Part shown: one piece after another, positions 8,174 to 13,387 of the stretch | Position numbering within the stretch: position 1 is the stretch's first letter | Layout of the letters: the number at the start of each line of letters is the position of its first letter | Origin: Thainema sp. | GTDB lineage: Bacteria; Cyanobacteriota; Cyanobacteriia; Phormidesmidales; Phormidesmidaceae | Assembly: GCA_052168235.1 (NCBI GenBank) | Contig: JBQLZK010000112.1 | Span: forward strand, 1 to 13,387 | Direction of reading: 5' to 3' | DNA: 13,387 nt | The notes under the pieces: model-generated | Database searches by the model: none | What the model was told of the DNA's origin: nothing | What the model saw: the letters and a program-made list of their open reading frames with translations, nothing else | Position numbers and translations under genes: made by a program

Positions 8174-8193
8174 CATGGGATTTTAAAGACTGC

Positions 8194-8967
8194 TTACGGT
8201 TCAACTCGCACAACTGTGCCAACTTCTACCATTTCAAATAGCTGCACCACATCGCGGTTATACATCCGAATGCAGCCGTGAGACGCCGCTGTGCCGACGC
8301 TGTTTTCATTCGGCGTGCCGTGGAAGCCGATGTAGTTTTGCCCATCCGTCCAAAAGCCGATCCAGCGTGTCCCCAGCGGATTGTCCGGGCCAGCCGGAAT
8401 CACCGTCCCGTTAAACGGATTCTGCCACGACGGGTCTTTGATCATTTGTAGCACCTGATGTTCTCCGGTTGGCGTTTCCCAGCCTGAGCGCCCAATCGCA
8501 ATAGGGAAGGTTGCTTTAACCTGATCGCGTTCGTACACATACACTTTGCGATCGCGCAACCGAATCACCAGTTCAATTTTGGCAATGGGATCAGGTAGCT
8601 GATCCAGATGATCAAGCGTCGGCAGATCAGGAAACCGCTCACCAAAAACAGCTTGTAAAGTTGACTGCTCATCACTTGGCAGCTCCACCTCCGCTGGTAC
8701 CAGCAGAGTCGATAGCGGCAGTGTAGATGGTTGATCCAGCGGGTCAGGAGATGAAGATAAAGTTGATGCATTCTCAGATGGATCGGCCTGATCAGCAGCT
8801 TCTGATTCAGCTGGTATTGCCAATGAAGGAGTTACAGATGTGGGCAACGACGCAGGAGCAGGCTGAGCTTGGGCAGTTCCAGCTACGCTAGTCAGCAACA
8901 GTACCAATGTCGCGGTTGACCAGCGGGAAGCTTGATTAAAAATCGGCTGAATCAGAGGTTTGTCCAT
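8194..8967 (-). CDS. L,D-transpeptidase (YkuD/ErfK family), secreted
   Basis: Motifs FPIAIGRSGWETPTG, GPDNPLGTRWIGF and IGFHGT...SHGCIRM (catalytic His/Cys). The N-terminal signal peptide ends in AQA and is followed by a P/S/A/E-rich linker. Confidence 0.93.
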   Translation of the reverse strand: MDKPLIQPIFNQASRWSTATLVLLLTSVAGTAQAQPAPASLPTSVTPSLAIPAESEAADQADPSENASTLSSSPDPLDQPSTLPLSTLLVPAEVELPSDEQSTLQAVFGERFPDLPTLDHLDQLPDPIAKIELVIRLRDRKVYVYERDQVKATFPIAIGRSGWETPTGEHQVLQMIKDPSWQNPFNGTVIPAGPDNPLGTRWIGFWTDGQNYIGFHGTPNENSVGTAASHGCIRMYNRDVVQLFEMVEVGTVVRVEP

Positions 8968-9086
8968 TTGTGTCAGGTATCTAGGCGGTGAATGAACAAC
9001 GATATAGTATGCACCAGTTCAAAGGCTGTTCGAACAGCTTGCTATACGGTGATTCAAAATGAGTCGATTATGTTCCGTTATTTATT

Positions 9087-10493
9087 TTAGATAGTACCCA
9101 CCTGAACGCATCGAAAACCCGCAAACATCTGCTGCATGTGCGGATAGTACCAGTTCCGAAAACTGTTGCGGAGCGCCCACGGTCGCGTGGCCCAACTGCC
9201 GCCCCGCAGCACCCAGTGTTCTTGATCAAAATAGGCGCTGGAATAGCCCGCATAGGGATACGGCTCAAATCCGGCATAGCTGTCAAATAGAGTACTTGTC
9301 CACTCCCAAACGTTGCCCAACATGTCGCAACAGCCCAATGGGCTTCGGTTCAACGGATAAGCCGTGACGGGCGTTGTCCAGCCAACGTGATGACAATGGT
9401 TGCAAAATTCGGCGTCCGACGGCGATCCGGTTAGCAACTCTGCTCCCCAAGGATAAATCTGAGCCTGCTGAGTTTCCGGATTCCAGCTCGCCGCTTTTTC
9501 CCACTCCGCCTCCGTCGGCAACCGCTTCCCAACAAACCGCGCATAAGCCTCCGCCTCGTAAGCACTCACGCCACACACCGGATGCAGATCCTCTCCTGGT
9601 TCACCCGTCCAATAAAGCGGCTGCGTCACCTGTGCCCGTTGCCGCCACTGCCAGCCAGCCTCACTCCACCATCGCGGATCATCATAGCCACCCGCCTCCA
9701 TAAATTGCCGATACTGCCCACAAGTCACCGGATAGCGATCAATCCAGTAATCTTCCAGCCATACTTTTTGAACTGGACGCTCGTTGTCGATAGCTGCGAT
9801 CGCACTTTCGTTCCCCATTGTGAACTCGCCAGCAGGAACATACACCATTGCATCAGCAGAGAGGGAAGTATCAGGAGCAGAACGTGCACGTTCTTCTGCT
9901 CCTGATACTTCCCCCCCCTCACCTCTTTCCTGCATCGCCAACACTATCGCCATCGTCTCCACATGCTGGCATTCGTGCTGCAAGAGCCAGTACCAGAGTC
10001 GGGATTGTTCCTCTAGTGGTGCTATTTCTAGGTACTGAAAAACTTGCGATCGCACATCTTCCAAATACTCCCGAACCTCATCGAGCGATGGTAAATTCAC
10101 CCGTTCTGTTTTGGGTAAACCATCTTGGGCAAAGAGGCGATGGTACTCGGTGTAGATGGGGGGACGCTTGGCGAGGTGCTGGAGAATCCAGAGCGATTCG
10201 GTGTAGGCGATGTGGCCGAGGTGCCAACCGAGGGGGCTGAAGTCGGCATGAGCGTGGCAGCAGAACGCGTCGCGGCTCATGTTGTCGAATAAAGCCAGAG
10301 TTGCTTTTCGACACTGAATCATTGCGGTGCGGAGGGTTTCTCGGGTGAGGAGTGAGGAGTGAGGGGGTAGATGAGTGGGAGGGTAGGAGGGTGGGAGAGT
10401 GGGGGAGGAAGAGTGAGGAGTGCGGGGGGTGAGATCGGAGGAGGGGCGGTTAGGAAAGGGTTGAGGGCTTGAGTTGGAGATCGGAGAGGTCAT
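9087..10493 (-). CDS. egtB: EgtB-like non-heme iron sulfoxide synthase (DinB_2 + FGE-sulfatase/SUMF1 domains)
   Basis: FSPLGWHLGHIAYTE and QHECQHVETM supply the three-His iron ligands. FGE-type motifs RLPTEAEWEKAA, DMLGNVWEWT, VLRGGSWAT, GFRC are present. The gene is adjacent to egtC. The start is uncertain because the N-terminus is low-complexity. Confidence 0.85.
   Translation of the reverse strand: MTSPISNSSPQPFPNRPSSDLTPRTPHSSSPTLPPSYPPTHLPPHSSLLTRETLRTAMIQCRKATLALFDNMSRDAFCCHAHADFSPLGWHLGHIAYTESLWILQHLAKRPPIYTEYHRLFAQDGLPKTERVNLPSLDEVREYLEDVRSQVFQYLEIAPLEEQSRLWYWLLQHECQHVETMAIVLAMQERGEGGEVSGAEERARSAPDTSLSADAMVYVPAGEFTMGNESAIAAIDNERPVQKVWLEDYWIDRYPVTCGQYRQFMEAGGYDDPRWWSEAGWQWRQRAQVTQPLYWTGEPGEDLHPVCGVSAYEAEAYARFVGKRLPTEAEWEKAASWNPETQQAQIYPWGAELLTGSPSDAEFCNHCHHVGWTTPVTAYPLNRSPLGCCDMLGNVWEWTSTLFDSYAGFEPYPYAGYSSAYFDQEHWVLRGGSWATRPWALRNSFRNWYYPHMQQMFAGFRCVQVGTI
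9863..9913. repeat. 51-nt palindromic element inside the egtB coding sequence
   Basis: gggaagtatcaggagcagaa (9863-9882) is the exact reverse complement of ttctgctcctgatacttccc (9894-9913). The centre gaacgtgcacgttc (9880-9893) is itself a perfect palindrome. Confidence 0.8.
10343..10490 (+). repeat. Degenerate 7-8-nt G/A-rich tandem repeats encoding the Pro/Ser/Thr-rich N-terminus of EgtB
   Basis: gtgagga-gtgagga-gtgaggg (10345-10365), gggtagga-gggtggga and related units. Confidence 0.65.
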
Positions 10494-11271
10494 CGTAAAT
10501 TACGTTTAAATCGGCACCAACGCTTAGAATGCTAGATTTTGGACAGGGTGTCCATTGGCCTTCTGATAGGGGTTCGGAGGCAATCAGGATGGCATTGGGA
10601 AACTGGGGATCGTCGCGCAGGTAGTAGAGACTGGGATCGCTGCCGCTGGTGTCAAAGCGGGAGGCGACAATTTGGTCGCCATCACTGACCATCAGGTTCA
10701 GTGCGGCGCGAACCTCGTATTTTTGAGCTAGCTGAGCAGCTGTGGTTAAAGTTTGACGCAGGGCAGCAGCGAGGGAAAGATTGGGCTGAGTTGAAATCGC
10801 ATCGACAAATAAGCCAAATAAATGCTCAGAATCGGTCAAGCCATGAATGGCGTGATAGGCGGTGTCCGATAAGCGATCGCGGATTGGTCGATACACGGTT
10901 TGGCGAAAGTTTTCAATGAAACCGTTGTGGATGAACAGAAGCTGTTCGTGCTGGAACGGCTGACAGTTGCTCAAATCCACCGCAAGTCCCGGCGTGGCGC
11001 TACGCACATAGGCCAGGATGCGACTCGATTTGATATAGCGGCTGAGGTGGGGCAAATTAGTATCGTTCCAAATTGGCACTGTCTGCCGATAGGTAAACGG
11101 CGCGGTTTGTCGCTGCGGATGATACCAGCCAATACCAAAGCCATCGGCATTGAGAATAGCGGTTTGCATTTCTCGTGGCTGATAGCTTTGCACGATCAGG
11201 GAGTGACTGGGTTCAGACAGGAGTGAGTCCAGTTGAATAGGGGGGCCAATGTAGCCTAAAAGCCGACACAT
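10450..11271 (-). CDS. egtC: EgtC-like class II glutamine amidotransferase (Ntn hydrolase)
   Basis: The true start is the ATG at 11271, giving MCRLLGY with Cys2 as the Ntn nucleophile. Other motifs are HSLIVQSYQPREM, NADGFGIGWY, VRSATPG, NCQPF, HNGFI, GLTDSE, IASEPL. The 3' end overlaps the egtB ORF by 44 nt. Confidence 0.9.
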   Translation of the reverse strand: MCRLLGYIGPPIQLDSLLSEPSHSLIVQSYQPREMQTAILNADGFGIGWYHPQRQTAPFTYRQTVPIWNDTNLPHLSRYIKSSRILAYVRSATPGLAVDLSNCQPFQHEQLLFIHNGFIENFRQTVYRPIRDRLSDTAYHAIHGLTDSEHLFGLFVDAISTQPNLSLAAALRQTLTTAAQLAQKYEVRAALNLMVSDGDQIVASRFDTSGSDPSLYYLRDDPQFPNAILIASEPLSEGQWTPCPKSSILSVGADLNVIYDDLSDLQLKPSTLS

Positions 11272-11355
11272 AGAGTTTTTGGGGAGAATATTGCGGTATA
11301 AAGCTTTTTCTACCTTGCCGCAAATCGCCAAATTTGGCAGTGGATTAGCAAACAA

Positions 11356-11820
11356 TCAAGCCAGATCACAGCGAATTTCCACCAGGAACCCATCTGGATC
11401 GTAAAAATAAATGCCGCGTCCCGTGGGGCGAGTCGTGGGGCCGTGATCAATCATCACCTGATGCTGGTGCAGTACCTCAACCGCCGCATCGAAATCGGCA
11501 GGATCAATATCAAACGCCAGATGATTGGCGCGGGTAAACTGCTGCTTCGGATCGGGATTGGGTGGCGATAGATCTGGTTCGTAGAATAAGTCCAGCACCG
11601 TGCCGTCCGGCAAGGCAAAATTGGCGATTTGGCCCGCTTCAACTTGCGATCGCAAGGTAGACGGCACCTCATCACCCGTCAACTCATGCAATCCCAACAC
11701 TTCGCCATAAAACTGCCGAGAGGCGGCAAGATTTTTCACATTGAGCGCGATATGATGAACGCCTCGGAGTTTGCCAGTCTGTAAACCACCGATAGACGTT
11801 GTAGAAGTTGATGATTGCAT
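11356..11820 (-). CDS. VOC (glyoxalase/bleomycin resistance/dioxygenase) family protein
   Basis: Motifs GVHHIALNVKNLAASRQFYGEVLGL, LDLF, NHLAF, YFYDPDGFLVEI; the H/D/H/E metal-ligand positions are occupied. Confidence 0.9.
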   Translation of the reverse strand: MQSSTSTTSIGGLQTGKLRGVHHIALNVKNLAASRQFYGEVLGLHELTGDEVPSTLRSQVEAGQIANFALPDGTVLDLFYEPDLSPPNPDPKQQFTRANHLAFDIDPADFDAAVEVLHQHQVMIDHGPTTRPTGRGIYFYDPDGFLVEIRCDLA

Positions 11821-11900
11821 GGCTGAATTCCGGTTTGAGCGGTTATAAGTCAGTTGCAGATAGCCTTACTCTATCCAAATTCACTAACCAAATCCATCCA

Positions 11901-12680
11901 ATGGAAATGCTGCTGTTAATTTGTAACCTCGTCCTAATCGCCGTCATCGGCGGTTTAGTGTGGCTCGTTTATCAACTGCTGCAAAAGAATCAGCAGGATG
12001 TTATCCACCACCGCGACCTCATGGCACGACAGCTCCGGCTCTCTACGGTGCCCCATCTCTACTGTGATTTGCAGTGGGACGAGACGAATCAGCAGGTGCA
12101 GCTTTTTCTCTACAATGTCGGCAACGTGCCCGCCTACGATATGCATATCAGCGGTTTAGCGGCCTATGTGGAAGAGCGCTTAGACATCGCCACATTTATG
12201 CGACTCCACGTGCAGCCGCGCCACCGCAAATATCCACTACAGGCCGATCCGGTCGGCTACTACGGCGTTCGCAGCACCGCACGAGTTCCCTGCCTCTCGG
12301 CCCAAAAGCAGGTAGCGCTCGACATTGGTTTTCCAGTGCGTCCTGCCGATGTATATGTGCTAATCCAAACCCGCGATCTGAGCGGCGACAACTACTATCA
12401 GCTCTACTGCTTTTCCGATATCAGTCCCAATGGCGACTACAAGGCGAATCTGCTGGAGCCGAAAACGGTCGCCGTTCTGGAACGCCTCCACCTTTACGAT
12501 CTTGAAAACTTCGACCCCACAACCTGCAAAAAGCCGCTGCCCTATCATCTCAAACAGTTTTTGGCGCTATGGAATCATGCCCTTTCGGTGCGGGTCACGA
12601 CCAAGCAATCTGAACCGGAAACCATGCCACCGATTTTTCAAACTCCAGTTGAGCAACCGCCGACGGAACCGCAGTTTTAA
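11901..12680 (+). CDS. Hypothetical protein with an N-terminal transmembrane anchor (~259 aa)
   Basis: Long ORF. ATG 11901 is followed by the hydrophobic LLLICNLVLIAVIGGLVWLVY. The upstream TTG start at 11808 would overlap the divergent VOC gene. No family recognised. Confidence 0.75.
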   Translation: MEMLLLICNLVLIAVIGGLVWLVYQLLQKNQQDVIHHRDLMARQLRLSTVPHLYCDLQWDETNQQVQLFLYNVGNVPAYDMHISGLAAYVEERLDIATFMRLHVQPRHRKYPLQADPVGYYGVRSTARVPCLSAQKQVALDIGFPVRPADVYVLIQTRDLSGDNYYQLYCFSDISPNGDYKANLLEPKTVAVLERLHLYDLENFDPTTCKKPLPYHLKQFLALWNHALSVRVTTKQSEPETMPPIFQTPVEQPPTEPQF

Positions 12681-12835
12681 CTCTGTTTAACTGGAGATCC
12701 AAAGTTCTGAACATATTCGAACATATAAGATTTAGGGTTTAGGAACAACAATTTAAAGCCATATTAACTACTTATTATCGACTATCGCACAATATAAGGT
12801 ATCCGGCAGCAGACAGCTCTATAATTTCCAAACCG

Positions 12836-13387
12836 CTATTCTCTGTTCTGGCGCTGTTCTCGCTCAGCCAACCTTTGTTCCCTTTGCCTAAGATTCGTTT
12901 GTTGTTCTATTCTGTAGTTATCCAATAGTGTATCCAAGAAAGTTCTTAGATAACCTAAGATTACTGTCAGAATTCTTAAACCAAATATAGCTACGACACC
13001 AAAAGTAACTCCCCATCGAACCAGTAGAAAGAAGTCATATGACAAACGATTTATATCCAGGTTGGGTGTGCTCAAATCACCTTTAAGAGAGCTGTCAGTC
13101 CCGGCCCCTTGTAACTGACCTCTGATAGACGAAATATCCGATTCTATAGGCTCCAATTTCTCATTAATAGCATTGTTCATCTCATTGGTTTGGCTATCTA
13201 GCATCTCATCAATTGATGCCGACAACATATAATCCATTTGTTCCTCAGTTAGATACAAATAAGATTGATTACTACGTTGCCAACGAAGTAGCAATAGACT
13301 AGCAATAACTCCAACCAGTATAAAAAAACCTAGTAATTGCTCAACTGGGTTGACCGAAACACAGCTTTGACAGAAGATGATAAGCTT
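12836..13387 (-). CDS. Hypothetical membrane protein, 3' part (5' end probably outside the window)
   Basis: The frame is open from the window edge (KLIIFCQSCVSVNPVEQLLGFFILVGVIASLLLLRW...) to the stop at 12836. It has two hydrophobic segments and a charged Q/R/E-rich, coiled-coil-like tail. Confidence 0.6.
   Translation of the reverse strand, partial: KLIIFCQSCVSVNPVEQLLGFFILVGVIASLLLLRWQRSNQSYLYLTEEQMDYMLSASIDEMLDSQTNEMNNAINEKLEPIESDISSIRGQLQGAGTDSSLKGDLSTPNLDINRLSYDFFLLVRWGVTFGVVAIFGLRILTVILGYLRTFLDTLLDNYRIEQQTNLRQREQRLAEREQRQNRE

Larger units (their letters stand above)
2321..11653. repeat. HIP1 octamers (GCGATCGC), at least 12 copies
   Basis: Seen starting at 2321, 4571, 4780, 4878, 5748, 6707, 7283, 8548, 9796, 10046, 10873 and 11646. 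Confidence 0.9.

Noticed and set aside
9068..11226. Many short overlapping or antisense ORFs within egtB and egtC (similar ones occur inside the PDE, cobA, yihY and other genes)
   Set aside because: Shadow ORFs of well-supported genes, with no motifs of their own.
11272..11355. N-terminal extension of egtC in the ORF track
   Set aside because: Ntn hydrolases need the Cys at position 2, so the start must be ATG 11271 (MCR).

Overview
Cyanobacterial chromosomal window, judged from at least 12 HIP1 GCGATCGC octamers and a typical cyanobacterial gene set. From left to right it holds a small ORF for a probably exported peptide with a DUF928-like PGRRxxGGT motif, then a ~1 kb palindrome-rich spacer containing a MITE-like element. 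Next come a CHASE2-GGDEF(degenerate)-EAL c-di-GMP phosphodiesterase, a convergent cobA-hemD fusion, and a DUF1206 + YihY/BrkB membrane pair. A minus-strand run follows: VOC metalloprotein, egtC, an egtB-like sulfoxide synthase and an L,D-transpeptidase. The window ends with a membrane-anchored hypothetical protein and the 3' part of an AT-rich membrane protein gene that runs off the edge. The best leads are (1) a possible peptide-ligand/CHASE2 receptor pair controlling c-di-GMP, (2) a VOC-EgtC-EgtB-like cluster with no egtD/egtE in the window, whose EgtB appears to lack the gamma-glutamyl-binding residues, and (3) a 51-nt palindromic element sitting in frame inside egtB. All family calls come from motif recognition by eye; no searches were run.
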